Virus record (IMG/VR): IMGVR_UViG_3300020166_000031
Location: 1 to 52,342 of that record
DNA: 52,342 bases
Source of the DNA: a virus
Lineage: Duplodnaviria; Caudoviricetes
Direction: 5' to 3' (one strand)
Made by a program: the position numbers and the translations under genes
The notes under the pieces: generated by a model
Database searches by the model: none
What the model was told of the DNA's origin: nothing
Seen by the model: only the letters and a program-made list of their open reading frames with translations
Part shown: piece by piece, positions 36,796 through 47,117 of the stretch
Position numbering within the stretch: position 1 is the first letter of the stretch
Layout: each line of letters opens with the position of its first letter

Positions 36796-37213
36796 ACACA
36801 ACAGAAGAAACTATCGTAGTGGCCTTGAACTAGAGGCCGCTACATTCTTAGAGACACGTCAGAAGATTGTATCTTATGAAAAGCTAAAGATAGAGTGGGA
36901 AGATTTAAAGTATCGCACTTACACGCCAGACTTTGAACTAGACAACGGTATCATAATTGAGACAAAAGGGTTATTTAGTGCTGGAGATCGGCGCAAGCAT
37001 ATAGAAATACAGAAGCAACATCCTAAACTGGACATACGCTTTGTATTTAGTAACGCAAACTCTAAGCTATACAAGGGTGCTAAGAGTAGATACTGTGATT
37101 GGTGTGAGAAGAATGGCTTCAAGTGGGCGCACAGAGTAATACCTGAGGGCTGGCTACTAGAGAAGGGTAAGCGTATGAAAGAGCAACGTGTCAAAGTAAA
37201 GAGGAGATTGTAA
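36764..37213 (+). CDS. T7 endonuclease I-like resolvase
   Basis: YRSGLE, YTPDF, IETKG, DIRFVF. Confidence 0.92.
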   Translation: MYLLEMGVVRKHNRRNYRSGLELEAATFLETRQKIVSYEKLKIEWEDLKYRTYTPDFELDNGIIIETKGLFSAGDRRKHIEIQKQHPKLDIRFVFSNANSKLYKGAKSRYCDWCEKNGFKWAHRVIPEGWLLEKGKRMKEQRVKVKRRL

Positions 37214-37560
37214 TGAGCTACGAAGTAAAGCCTGGAGATATAGCTATTATACTACACCCTGTTACTAGAGAAGGTGAGTGGACAGGTCACATCAAGACAG
37301 GTTTAGTATTTGGTGAGGCTGAAACACATGAAGGTATGAGGGCAGCACTGGAAGAAGCTCTTACTATGGCAGCAGCACAGAAGTTTTTAGATATATATCC
37401 TGAGGCATGGGAAGATTTTGTAGATATACGAGGTGAGCTTTTACAGGAGATGTTCCCAGAACAATATGCAGAAGCTCTGATTGAAACAGATGAGGGTTAC
37501 AGTGTAGAGGATAATGTTATATTACTTAACCGATGGACTAAGACTAAGGGTAACGCATGA
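37213..37560 (+). CDS. Hypothetical protein
   Basis: Coupled ORF with GAGGAG RBS. Confidence 0.7.
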   Translation: MSYEVKPGDIAIILHPVTREGEWTGHIKTGLVFGEAETHEGMRAALEEALTMAAAQKFLDIYPEAWEDFVDIRGELLQEMFPEQYAEALIETDEGYSVEDNVILLNRWTKTKGNA

Positions 37561-37724
37561 AAAAGTTTAATGTTACATTTGTAGCTAAGGTAGACGACAA
37601 CAATAATATACTATCATCTAGTAATGATAGCCATGAGAAAGATGTACACGATCTAATAACAGATGTTATATATGACGTGGATGATATGAGTATAGAAAAT
37701 TTAAACGTTAAGGAGAGAAAATGA
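37557..37724 (+). CDS. Hypothetical 55-aa protein
   Basis: Manual ORF, ATGA overlaps at both ends. Confidence 0.6.
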   Translation: MKKFNVTFVAKVDDNNNILSSSNDSHEKDVHDLITDVIYDVDDMSIENLNVKERK

Positions 37725-38077
37725 TTGCTAGAGAAGATATAGAAGCAATAAACAATCTGATTGACTCAACACCTACAGAGTATTCTGATTTTGTTGAGAG
37801 CATGATTGTAACAAAACCTGAGGATAGGCTAATGGAAAACCTACTAGGGTTGTGTGAGGAAGTAGGGGAACTACATGGTAAGATAAAGCGTGTTCTGCGT
37901 GATGATACTAATGATGAAGAGGGTATACTCAAGGAATGTGGTGACGTATTGTTTTATACAGTTGCTATAGCTAACTACTTTGATAGTGACCTACAGGATA
38001 TAATACAGAGGAATATGTATAAACTAAACAGCCGCGCTGCACGTGGTGTAATAAAAGGATCAGGAGACAATAGATGA
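37721..38077 (+). CDS. mazG: MazG-like nucleotide pyrophosphohydrolase
   Basis: LGLCEEVGE...KECGDVLFY...GSGDNR. Confidence 0.88.
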   Translation: MIAREDIEAINNLIDSTPTEYSDFVESMIVTKPEDRLMENLLGLCEEVGELHGKIKRVLRDDTNDEEGILKECGDVLFYTVAIANYFDSDLQDIIQRNMYKLNSRAARGVIKGSGDNR

Positions 38078-40002
38078 GTAACCAACTACCAACAGACTAT
38101 CAAGCATTCATACACAAGTCACGCTACGCTAAGTACTTTGATGGCAAAGGGCGTGAGTCTTGGGGAGAAACAGTGGAACGCTACATGGATAATGTAGTTC
38201 GTAAGGCACTTAATCTTGGCGTAGTTCCAGCCGATAGTTTATTTGCTGATACAGATGTAATGAACCTTGAACAGGCTATACTGGGTCAGGAAATCATGCC
38301 TAGTATGAGGGCAATGATGACAGCTGGTCCTGCTTTAGATCGTGACAATACAGCAGGATATAATTGTAGTTACTTACCAGTAGATGATCCTAAATCTTTT
38401 GATGAAGCTATGTATATACTTCTCTGTGGTACTGGTGTGGGCTTCTCTGTTGAGAGACAGTTTATAAAGAAGCTACCAGAGATACCTGAGTTGTTTGATA
38501 GTGAGTCTACTGTTGTTGTTAAGGATAGCAAAGAAGGTTGGGCTAAGGGTTTCCGTCAAGTTCTAGCACTCTTATGGGCTGGAGAAATACCTAAGTGGGA
38601 TGTGTCTCAGGTTAGACCTGCAGGTGCAAGACTTAAAACGTTTGGTGGTAGAGCATCAGGACCAGCGCCATTAGTAGAACTGTTTAACTTTGCTGTAGCT
38701 ACTTTCAAGGGCGCACAAGGACGTAAGCTTAGCTCTATGGAATGTCACGACCTTATGTGTTTCATAGGTCAGATAGTTGTTGTAGGTGGTGTACGCCGTA
38801 GTGCTATGATTTCATTGAGTAATTTATCTGATGATCGTATGCGTCACGCTAAGTCAGGACAGTGGTGGGAAACTGCAGGGCATAGAGCACTAGCTAATAA
38901 CTCTGTAGCATACAGTGAGAAGCCAGATATGGAAACATTTATGCGTGAATGGTTGTCTCTGGTTGAGTCTAAGTCTGGTGAGCGTGGTATCTTTAACAGA
39001 CAAGCATCTAAGGTACAAGCCGCTAAGAATGGTAGACGTGATCCTAATTATGAGTTCGGCTGCAACCCGTGCAGCGAGATAATATTACGCCCTTACCAAT
39101 TCTGTAACTTAACAGAGTGTGTAGTACGTGCTACTGATACACTAGAAGATCTTGAGCGTAAGGTTAGACTCGCTACTATCTTAGGTACAATACAATCAAT
39201 GCTGATTAAGTTTCCTTACCTACGTAAAGTATGGCAAAACAATACAGCAGAAGAGAGATTACTTGGTGTATCTATGACAGGTATTATGGATAACCCATTA
39301 ATGACACAAAAGAACAAGGGTTTGAAGAAGACACTAGAGCACCTACGTTCTGTTGCTGTAGAAACTAATAGGGATTGGGCTAACCTACTAGGTATACCTG
39401 CTAGTACTGCTATCAGCTGCGTAAAACCAAGTGGCACGGTTTCACAGCTTGTAGATAGCGCCAGTGGAATCCATGCGAGACACAGCCCTTACTATATTCG
39501 TACTGTACGTGGTGACATTAAAGACCCTCTAACACAGTTTATGATTGATAGAGGTGTACCTAATGAGCCGTGCGTTATGAAGCCTGACTCTACAGTTGTG
39601 TTTAGCTTCCCAGTTAAGTCACCAGAGAAAGCAGTTACACGTAATGATATGACTGCTGTAGAGCAACTAGATCTATGGCTTACATATCAACGGCATTGGT
39701 GTGAGCATAAGCCATCTGTTACTATAACAGTACGCGATGAAGAGTGGATGGATGTTGGTGCATTTGTGTATCAACACTTTGATGAGATGTCAGGTGTGTC
39801 ATTTTTGCCACACTCAGATCACTCATACCAGCAAGCACCTTATCAAGAGATAGATAAGAAAGCATACAAAGCACTACTCTCAGAGATGCCTACAAGTATC
39901 GATTGGTCAGAGTTGTCAGACTACGAGAGTGAAGATAACACAGTGTCTATGCAAACAATGGCTTGCTCTGGAGACTCTTGTGAAATTGTAGACCTAGTAT
40001 AA
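38074..40002 (+). CDS. nrdJ: Class II (cobalamin-dependent) ribonucleotide reductase
   Basis: PSMR, YNCS, GGVRRSA, NPCSEI, CNLTE, VKPSGTVS, C-terminal CSGDSC; no beta-subunit gene present. Confidence 0.92.
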   Translation: MSNQLPTDYQAFIHKSRYAKYFDGKGRESWGETVERYMDNVVRKALNLGVVPADSLFADTDVMNLEQAILGQEIMPSMRAMMTAGPALDRDNTAGYNCSYLPVDDPKSFDEAMYILLCGTGVGFSVERQFIKKLPEIPELFDSESTVVVKDSKEGWAKGFRQVLALLWAGEIPKWDVSQVRPAGARLKTFGGRASGPAPLVELFNFAVATFKGAQGRKLSSMECHDLMCFIGQIVVVGGVRRSAMISLSNLSDDRMRHAKSGQWWETAGHRALANNSVAYSEKPDMETFMREWLSLVESKSGERGIFNRQASKVQAAKNGRRDPNYEFGCNPCSEIILRPYQFCNLTECVVRATDTLEDLERKVRLATILGTIQSMLIKFPYLRKVWQNNTAEERLLGVSMTGIMDNPLMTQKNKGLKKTLEHLRSVAVETNRDWANLLGIPASTAISCVKPSGTVSQLVDSASGIHARHSPYYIRTVRGDIKDPLTQFMIDRGVPNEPCVMKPDSTVVFSFPVKSPEKAVTRNDMTAVEQLDLWLTYQRHWCEHKPSVTITVRDEEWMDVGAFVYQHFDEMSGVSFLPHSDHSYQQAPYQEIDKKAYKALLSEMPTSIDWSELSDYESEDNTVSMQTMACSGDSCEIVDLV

Positions 40003-40005
40003 ACT

Positions 40006-40233
40006 ATGTATGTAGTACTAGGAACAAGTAAGTGTGGGTTCTGTAACAAAGCAAAGAACTTACTAGAGGAGAAAGGCATAGCGTTTATGCCTTACTCTGT
40101 TGATACAGTTAGTAGTAGGTGGTTGTTGACATTGATGCGACAGGCAGGTATGAAAACTGTACCCCAAATCTGGGACAATGAAGGTCACCATGTTGGTGGC
40201 TACAACGAACTAAAGGAACGATTAAATGATTGA
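40006..40233 (+). CDS. Glutaredoxin
   Basis: CGFC, TVPQI, VGGY. Confidence 0.9.
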   Translation: MYVVLGTSKCGFCNKAKNLLEEKGIAFMPYSVDTVSSRWLLTLMRQAGMKTVPQIWDNEGHHVGGYNELKERLND

Positions 40234-40378
40234 AGTTTTAGTAATGTTTTTTGTAGGTGTTGCGGCTATTGAAGTAGCAACTGATGTAGGTAGTTCTACT
40301 TATGATTATGTAGAACCTAAGGTAATACAGGGAGTAGATTACGTCAAAGATAAACTTGATTCTGAAGGACAAGAATAG
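40226..40378 (+). CDS. Small membrane/secreted protein
   Basis: Manual 50-aa ORF with AAGGA RBS and hydrophobic N-terminus. Confidence 0.55.
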   Translation: MIEVLVMFFVGVAAIEVATDVGSSTYDYVEPKVIQGVDYVKDKLDSEGQE

Positions 40379-40578
40379 TGTATGTCCTTGTGTTAATAGC
40401 TTACATGGTGGGTGAGGAGCCAACAATAAAAGCCTCACCTATCCTGTATGATACATATGGTAGCTGTATTGATGGTGCAGCACGTGCAATGACAAGCGTA
40501 TACACATACTTACCAAAAGAACTTACTGAAAAGGTTTTTATATTACCTATGTGTACAGCTATACCAGAGGATACATGA
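40378..40578 (+). CDS. Hypothetical protein
   Basis: Hydrophobic N-terminus, two Cys. Confidence 0.6.
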   Translation: MYVLVLIAYMVGEEPTIKASPILYDTYGSCIDGAARAMTSVYTYLPKELTEKVFILPMCTAIPEDT

Positions 40579-41021
40579 TGCAGTTAAAGTTTAACTTGTT
40601 TGAAGATATGGAAAGAGAAGACACACCTAATGATGTTAGAGATAAACAGTGTACAGTTTGTGAAGAAGTATTTCCAGAAACAGAAGAACATTTTTATATA
40701 GCATATTCTTATGTATCAAAGGATGGCACTTCCAATACACATCTTCATAATAAGTGTAAAGCCTGTTCTGTTAGGGCTGATAGTATACAAAAAAGTCTTA
40801 AGAAAATATATGGACACAAAGCTTTTGGTAAGTGTGAATGCTGTGGTGTAGATTCTAAAAAACTTAAGGGTGATAAGCTACACTTAGATCACTGCCATAA
40901 GACAGGCGAGTATAGAGGGCATCTATGTGGTAGTTGTAATCGTGGTATAGGTATGTTAAGTGATAATCTTGAGGGAGTACAACAGGCAGTAGACTACCTA
41001 AAGAAAGTAGAAAATAAATAA
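40575..41021 (+). CDS. Endonuclease VII-family (His-Me) nuclease
   Basis: CECCG...LDHCHKTGEYRGHLCGSCNRGIG plus N-terminal CxxC pair. Confidence 0.85.
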   Translation: MMQLKFNLFEDMEREDTPNDVRDKQCTVCEEVFPETEEHFYIAYSYVSKDGTSNTHLHNKCKACSVRADSIQKSLKKIYGHKAFGKCECCGVDSKKLKGDKLHLDHCHKTGEYRGHLCGSCNRGIGMLSDNLEGVQQAVDYLKKVENK

Positions 41022-41227
41022 TGAAGAAGATAGAGCTAGAGGCAGACAACTTTGTTAAGACTAAGAGTAATAAGTTTAACACAGGGCTTAACGAAGAGGT
41101 GCGTAATCTAAACAGCTACATCTTAAATAACTTACATGATTGTAAGGAAAAGGAGAGGGCTAGGGAGAGACTTATGGAAGCTAAGATGTGGGCTAGATTA
41201 GCAGCAGACAGACACGGAATAAAATAA
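41021..41227 (+). CDS. Small helical protein, Acb2/Tad1-like
   Basis: KEKERARERLMEAKMWA resembles the RExSLAxTKLEEAxMWA hairpin. Confidence 0.45.
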   Translation: MKKIELEADNFVKTKSNKFNTGLNEEVRNLNSYILNNLHDCKEKERARERLMEAKMWARLAADRHGIK

Positions 41228-41245
41228 GGGGGCTTAATTGCCCCC
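41228..41245. terminator. Bidirectional terminator where the two arms converge
   Basis: GGGGGC-TTAATT-GCCCCC flanked by A-rich and T-rich tracts. Confidence 0.75.
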
Positions 41246-41256
41246 TCTCTCTTTGT

Positions 41257-44200
41257 TTATAACTGATCTGCTTCGTCGTAAGCATCTTTGAGATAATTAC
41301 CATATTCTATAAATACATCTATCTCAGCAAGTGTGTAGTCTTCTAACTTACCATCTATGCCAAACTTATCTTTCATAGCTTTCATAGTTTCTGCTTTAAC
41401 TTCTTTAGAAAACTTTGTTTGTGCTTTTCTTATAGTACGTAGCTTAATATTATCACCAGTAGATTGTCCTTTATCTAACCTATCACGTATCTGTTTCTTA
41501 GCACTACGTAGTACAGACTTTAACATACCACGTCTTTCGTTGAGGTTAGCCTCTAAGAATTGCTCTGTCATTAATAGGCGTTGAGTCTGACGTTCTAGTA
41601 CAGGTGCTAACATACTATTGAATGCTTTATCATAGGCAGGTAAATTACTACGTTCATTAGCAGTCCAGGCTTGCATCTCAGACATTGAGTATGCTTTCTC
41701 AGTAGATGTACGACCCTGCTTTATTGTTAGACCAAAGATCTTAGCGAATGGGTTAGCATCATATATCTCACCCTCTCTAGTTGCTACCTCTAAGTCTTCA
41801 CCAGTAATAGTGTCTGTCTTATCTATGAACGCTTCAAGTATATTATCAAAGTATCTTGTAGAAGTTTGAGTAAACAAACCTAAACCGTCAGCTTGTCTTA
41901 CATCTTTTGCTGTGTCAGTACCCGTAGCAAAACCTACAATCTTATTTACTGCATCTAGAGGGCGTGTAAATCCTGAGACAATATTACCAAACGTTTTGTT
42001 GAATGCATCCATAGATGCACCACGTGCGCCTTTGTCTTGGTTTATTAATACATCTAGTATGTTGTTTAGATCATTACCAAACTGAGCGTCACGTGCCAGC
42101 TGACCAACAGCAACTTGTGTACCCATCTCTCTTATTAATTCTGGTGGTACAGTTTCACCGCCCATTTTTAGGTTGAAGATACGTCCAGCTGCAAGCCATG
42201 CAGAGAAGGGGTATGTATTCCTAGCGTCTACAATCTTACCACCACCAACATTAATCTCATACACACCTAAGCCTTCATCCCTACGCTCCTTATCATACTG
42301 GGCAGCGAGTAATAGACCAGCAGATCCTACTGTCATACGAGCAATAGCATCAAGTTCCGTTACTTTCTGACCTTCAGACTTAACAGTACGCTTGAAGAAT
42401 GGTTTTAACAACACCTCAGGTGCAGCTAGTGGCGACCATTGGTATGCTGTAGCAACAACGTTGTTAAAGAAGCGACCAAAGGGTAGTATTGTACCAAAGC
42501 CTGGTGTGTTTGAAATAGCTTCAACACCCTCAGCTAATTTACGTATAAGTTCTGGTTGTTCTGCTGTAGTGTAGTCTTTAGCAAACACAGACTTAAGAGT
42601 AGTATCTAGTGCACCCTGTATAACCTCTTCATCAATTACTTCATCAGATAGTAGTGCTTCTTTAAGAGTCTTACCTCTTGTTAGTCTTAGTTGCTTATCC
42701 ATATCATTCATAAACATCTGAGACTTAGTAAACGTATCTTGTATACGTACACCTGTTATTTGGTTTGCTGCTTTAGTAACAGCTTCAAGGTTACGGAAGG
42801 TTTTATTATTAGGGTCAATACCGTAACGTTTAGCTGATGCTTCCACACCACCTGCCATAGTCTCAAATAATATCTTCTGTGCATCTAAGTTTGCAGGATC
42901 TTCAAGAAACTTCATATATGCATCACGTGTAGTGTATGGGTCCATTAGGTTACGCATCTTCTGTACCTGTAGTGAACCCAGCGCACGTGCTTGTCTAAAG
43001 GATTCTTGTGCACCAGTACGATTGGTAGCGCTTTGTGCTAAACCCTTAGTCATTAATGCTGTTGAACTAAACAGGTCAGCAATAGTTTGACCTACATAGT
43101 ACTGGCTGAAACCAGCAATGTTGAGTGCTGTGGTAGCTGGAGATGAAACAAGTAGTCGTTTCCATACAGACTGACCATAACGAAGTGGCTCAGATGCTTT
43201 AGCTCCTTTAATCTCAGCCTCATCAATAGCATCTACCTGTAACTTTATCTTATTCTCAGCTGCTAGAAGACCTGAGTTTAGAGTCTTACTAAACTGTGAT
43301 AGTACATTCAGAGTCTTACCAGCCTCACTAAAACGTGATGCCATAAGATCCCCAAGTTTAACACGTGACCCAGCAAGGCTACCAAAATCAAAGCCTGAGT
43401 ATTTAGAAAGAGATGTATTAATATCTGTAAGTTCTTTCTGGGTTAATGAGTTAGCTACGTTAGTTATAGCATCAGCAATATGTATCTCTTTACCAATCTT
43501 GTAACCCTTATCTCTAAACAAACCTGAGAGACCACCAATCTCACCAGGTGTATCTCCAAACATAATGTCCTTAATAAGTTGAGAGTCGTCTATAACACCC
43601 TTACCAAACTCACCTTTATCTACTTTAACATTCCACTTATCTGCAGCCTCACGAATAATCTTAGCGGCCTCAGGTGTGTCTTCTTTCTTTAGTATAGGAG
43701 AGTATTCATCTATAGTTTTCTGTGCTAGTTTTTCTGTCTCTGTACGAGTGTCTTCTAAACCAGATTTACCAGCGCCTATCTTACGTGTAACAAGTTGTGC
43801 ACCACCTGCAACACCACCAAGGAGAGCAGAGAAAGCACTCTGTGTTTTACTAAACGTTTCTTGTGCTCCTACTTCGAGCATAACTTCTTGAGCTGCAATA
43901 TCTTGATACACTGCGGCTGTAGCGTCCAATGCTGTAGTAGCATATAAGGATTTAGTTGCCGCTGTTTTAAACAATTCTTTCTGTTTAGCTTTCATAGCAT
44001 CTTTAGGTATAGTACGCTTAGCTTCTTCACTTACAATACGTGATACGTTTTCGTAAACACCCTTAGTTCTACGTGCTGTCATACCTTTAGCCGCCGCACG
44101 TGCCGCCGCTTCTTGTCCTGCCTTGCGTCCTGCTTCTTTAGCTGCCTTTGCTGTAGCACCTGAGCTTAAAGCATCTCTCCCAGCTTTACGTACTGCAGCT

Positions 44201-44712
44201 TTAATAACTTGTCGCCCTGTTACTTGAACACCACCAGCCGCAGCTCTACCTATACCACCAGTAAGTATACCTAAGTAGTTTGTAGGGTCAGATGCCGCCG
44301 CAAAAACGTAGTCGCCTACACCCTTAACAGCACCCATCAACCCGTCATTAACAAAGACATTACCTAGTTGATCATATATCTGATAAGCTTTACGTGCTGT
44401 TTCTTTTTGTCTGTCGTTTGCTTTAGTAACAAATCGTACTTCACCTGCAGTAGATACAGTGTTAGCATTAAAGTAACGCATGTGCTTAACAAAATCATCA
44501 ACTACTTGTTCATCTGATTTACTACGATAGTCTACACCCATACGTTCAATCATGTAATCGCGAATAGGTTGATTATATTTGTAATCTTTCTGTATATCGT
44601 CAACTGTTAGTGTTTCTTCTGGGTCAAAGGACAGAGGTTCAGATACTCTCAAACCAGTTTTAGTACCCTTAGTAAGATTCTTTATGTATTCTTGACGTTC
44701 AAAGTAGTTCAT
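41257..44712 (-). CDS. Large internal virion (ejection) protein
   Basis: 1151 aa, helical, last gene of the structural arm; function inferred from size and position. Confidence 0.6.
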   Translation of the reverse strand: MNYFERQEYIKNLTKGTKTGLRVSEPLSFDPEETLTVDDIQKDYKYNQPIRDYMIERMGVDYRSKSDEQVVDDFVKHMRYFNANTVSTAGEVRFVTKANDRQKETARKAYQIYDQLGNVFVNDGLMGAVKGVGDYVFAAASDPTNYLGILTGGIGRAAAGGVQVTGRQVIKAAVRKAGRDALSSGATAKAAKEAGRKAGQEAAARAAAKGMTARRTKGVYENVSRIVSEEAKRTIPKDAMKAKQKELFKTAATKSLYATTALDATAAVYQDIAAQEVMLEVGAQETFSKTQSAFSALLGGVAGGAQLVTRKIGAGKSGLEDTRTETEKLAQKTIDEYSPILKKEDTPEAAKIIREAADKWNVKVDKGEFGKGVIDDSQLIKDIMFGDTPGEIGGLSGLFRDKGYKIGKEIHIADAITNVANSLTQKELTDINTSLSKYSGFDFGSLAGSRVKLGDLMASRFSEAGKTLNVLSQFSKTLNSGLLAAENKIKLQVDAIDEAEIKGAKASEPLRYGQSVWKRLLVSSPATTALNIAGFSQYYVGQTIADLFSSTALMTKGLAQSATNRTGAQESFRQARALGSLQVQKMRNLMDPYTTRDAYMKFLEDPANLDAQKILFETMAGGVEASAKRYGIDPNNKTFRNLEAVTKAANQITGVRIQDTFTKSQMFMNDMDKQLRLTRGKTLKEALLSDEVIDEEVIQGALDTTLKSVFAKDYTTAEQPELIRKLAEGVEAISNTPGFGTILPFGRFFNNVVATAYQWSPLAAPEVLLKPFFKRTVKSEGQKVTELDAIARMTVGSAGLLLAAQYDKERRDEGLGVYEINVGGGKIVDARNTYPFSAWLAAGRIFNLKMGGETVPPELIREMGTQVAVGQLARDAQFGNDLNNILDVLINQDKGARGASMDAFNKTFGNIVSGFTRPLDAVNKIVGFATGTDTAKDVRQADGLGLFTQTSTRYFDNILEAFIDKTDTITGEDLEVATREGEIYDANPFAKIFGLTIKQGRTSTEKAYSMSEMQAWTANERSNLPAYDKAFNSMLAPVLERQTQRLLMTEQFLEANLNERRGMLKSVLRSAKKQIRDRLDKGQSTGDNIKLRTIRKAQTKFSKEVKAETMKAMKDKFGIDGKLEDYTLAEIDVFIEYGNYLKDAYDEADQL

Positions 44713-44714
44713 AT

Positions 44715-46121
44715 TTAGTCGCCCTTAAACTGCTTAGGTGTACCATCTGGGTTATGTGTCTTCTTATATCTTCTATCCCACTCTTCTATAGCGTTGGTTG
44801 AACGATCTTTACCTGATAAATAAGATTCAACCATTATTGTTTCTTCTGGATCTGTAGGTCTAGGTTTAACTACGATAGGAGTACCGTCTGGGTTGTAACG
44901 ATCACCGTACTGTCTATCCCATTTTCTAGCTTCTGGGTCTCCAAACAATCCAACTTCTTTATCTCCTCCAGGTCTGACTTTAACTGTTGGTAAAGAGGAT
45001 ACATCTACACTAACATCAGGTATTGCAAATGGTACATCTTGCATTTTAGATTCTTCAGTAGTTGGTGTTACCACAGGCTCTGTCGTTTGAGTTATATCTT
45101 TCTCTTTTTTATCAACCTCAGGAGTAAAGTCATAAGATTTCATAAGATCATCTACAAAGTCCTTATCCATAATCTCTGCAATCTGATCCATAGCAAACTT
45201 CTGTTCAAAGAAGCCTTGACCAGCGCCACCATACTGTGCTGCAGTAGCGTCAATAAAAGCCTTAGCTTTTCTTTGAGCATATGCTTTACGAGCTATAGCT
45301 TTTTGATTTGCTATCTCAGCTGGTGTAATAGAACCAGCTTTCCTACCCAGATCCTCTTGTGCGGCTATATATGAATTATATGCTAAACCTACAGCATCAT
45401 CTGCTTCACTAGAATTATATGCATCTTCATATATCTCCGTTAGATCTTTAACAAAAGTAAAACCGTCTTTCTTAGTAAAAGTTTCCATCTCAGAGAATGA
45501 CATTACAGCATTAGGTATAAGAGAGTTAAACTCACTCATACGAGCTGCGGCATTTATATCTGCAACAGACATACCAGCCATACTAGGTGTGTCACGTAGT
45601 TCTTCTTTAACACGATCCTTAGCACCATAACCAAAGAGTTTACCAACCACGCTTGTGTCGTCTTCAACAGCACTAGCCTCTCCTATAGCACCATATGTCT
45701 TTTTAGCAAACTGCTCTAGTGACATATCAATCAGAGACTGATCAATGCTAGGGATGTTAGGCATGTTAATGATAGCTTCAACATCATTCAAAGATAGTCT
45801 TTCACCTGCAGATAATCCTGCATCAGCGTGTGCCTTTGCAAGTTTATCACGTAGTTCCTTTACACCTGTCATACCAGAAGCTATAGCAGTACGGATTACA
45901 CCCTTAGACCTAACACCCTCTGGTAGGTATTGAAGTGCTTCCTTACCAAAAGAAACAGCTGCACTAGCTCTAGCATTACGTGTGTTAATAAGAGACTGAT
46001 TACGCTCACTAGCCTCTAATTGTCTTTCTTTATATTCTAAAGCATCCTCACGCCTCTTAGTCATAGTACCAGTTATTTGGTTGAGGAACGCCGCTGCAAA
46101 TTGATCCTTGTTAAATGCCAT
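44715..46121 (-). CDS. Putative internal virion protein
   Basis: 468 aa in the ejection-protein cluster. Confidence 0.55.
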   Translation of the reverse strand: MAFNKDQFAAAFLNQITGTMTKRREDALEYKERQLEASERNQSLINTRNARASAAVSFGKEALQYLPEGVRSKGVIRTAIASGMTGVKELRDKLAKAHADAGLSAGERLSLNDVEAIINMPNIPSIDQSLIDMSLEQFAKKTYGAIGEASAVEDDTSVVGKLFGYGAKDRVKEELRDTPSMAGMSVADINAAARMSEFNSLIPNAVMSFSEMETFTKKDGFTFVKDLTEIYEDAYNSSEADDAVGLAYNSYIAAQEDLGRKAGSITPAEIANQKAIARKAYAQRKAKAFIDATAAQYGGAGQGFFEQKFAMDQIAEIMDKDFVDDLMKSYDFTPEVDKKEKDITQTTEPVVTPTTEESKMQDVPFAIPDVSVDVSSLPTVKVRPGGDKEVGLFGDPEARKWDRQYGDRYNPDGTPIVVKPRPTDPEETIMVESYLSGKDRSTNAIEEWDRRYKKTHNPDGTPKQFKGD

Positions 46122-46127
46122 TATATA

Positions 46128-46685
46128 TTAACCCTTTGCCATCAAGCCCATAGGCTTTTGTTCTTGTGTTACTTCTTCTTCTTGTGGCATCTCTTCCTCC
46201 ACAGGTTCTCCCTCCTGCGTTTCAATCATAGACTCTACCATCTGTTGCCCTTCATCAGTATCGTCTGTACCTTCTTTATCCAGCATACTATTAGCAACCA
46301 TAAGGAAGCGTTGCATCTCTGCATCTTCTGCTTTCTTCTGAGGATCAATATTTGTATCTTTAACCTTGATACCTAATTCCTCAAGAGAAGCTTTTATGTA
46401 CGCATGTATAACAGGAGCTACAACAATACCTGCATCTAGTGAATGCAATCCTCTCATAACACCCTGTAAGTATGTAGTCTCTACAATAGGAACTAGAGAT
46501 ACACCAGCTTCAACCATAGCACCAAAGTCTTGTATCACCTCATTATTGTCTAGTCTCTCAAGGTAGTATGTAGCCACCTCATTAACGTCTGACATCTGCG
46601 CTGGTTGTTCCCAAGGATTATTACGAGGTTCTCCTGTGAGTGACTCACCAGGAATTGGTCTATCAAATGGTCCTGCTATTGGCAT
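46128..46685 (-). CDS. Hypothetical virion-region protein
   Basis: PIPGESLT...PWEQP motif. Confidence 0.65.
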   Translation of the reverse strand: MPIAGPFDRPIPGESLTGEPRNNPWEQPAQMSDVNEVATYYLERLDNNEVIQDFGAMVEAGVSLVPIVETTYLQGVMRGLHSLDAGIVVAPVIHAYIKASLEELGIKVKDTNIDPQKKAEDAEMQRFLMVANSMLDKEGTDDTDEGQQMVESMIETQEGEPVEEEMPQEEEVTQEQKPMGLMAKG

Positions 46686-46694
46686 CTTATTATC

Positions 46695-47117
46695 CTATTT
46701 AGTGAAGCCAGCGCCGAAGTAGAGGCCGACTATTGCTGAAACTATGTGTGTGTCTAGAGGTGTTATAACGAAACCACGTGCCGCTTTCCAGTGTACTGCA
46801 TCTGGTGCACCTAAGAGCCAGTTGATGAAGCCACCCTGTACTTCTGTATAACCAACGATTACACTTACGTCAGGATACCATACTGCTACTAGCTTTGGCA
46901 ATACAATAATAGATCCGACTGCAGATAAAGCTATGATCCTACGTGTCCAAGCAAAGTGTCTATCTTTACTACCATGCTCTCTAGCTTCACTGACTGCGCC
47001 TACTAGGGCTTTCTGCTGCTCTGCTTTAGCTTTATTGCTTTGACCCCAGATGGACATAACTCCACCTAAGACAGTGGAGAAAAGCATTGTGATTAATTCT
47101 AAGGGAAGTCCAAACAT
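46695..47117 (-). CDS. Holin-like membrane protein
   Basis: Three hydrophobic segments, WTRRII, GLYFG; adjacent to the muramidase. Confidence 0.55.
   Translation of the reverse strand: MFGLPLELITMLFSTVLGGVMSIWGQSNKAKAEQQKALVGAVSEAREHGSKDRHFAWTRRIIALSAVGSIIVLPKLVAVWYPDVSVIVGYTEVQGGFINWLLGAPDAVHWKAARGFVITPLDTHIVSAIVGLYFGAGFTK

Noticed and set aside
38074-40002. Intron or intein in RNR (also checked polymerase and terminase)
   Set aside because: ORFs are continuous and of ordinary length, with no splicing motifs seen.
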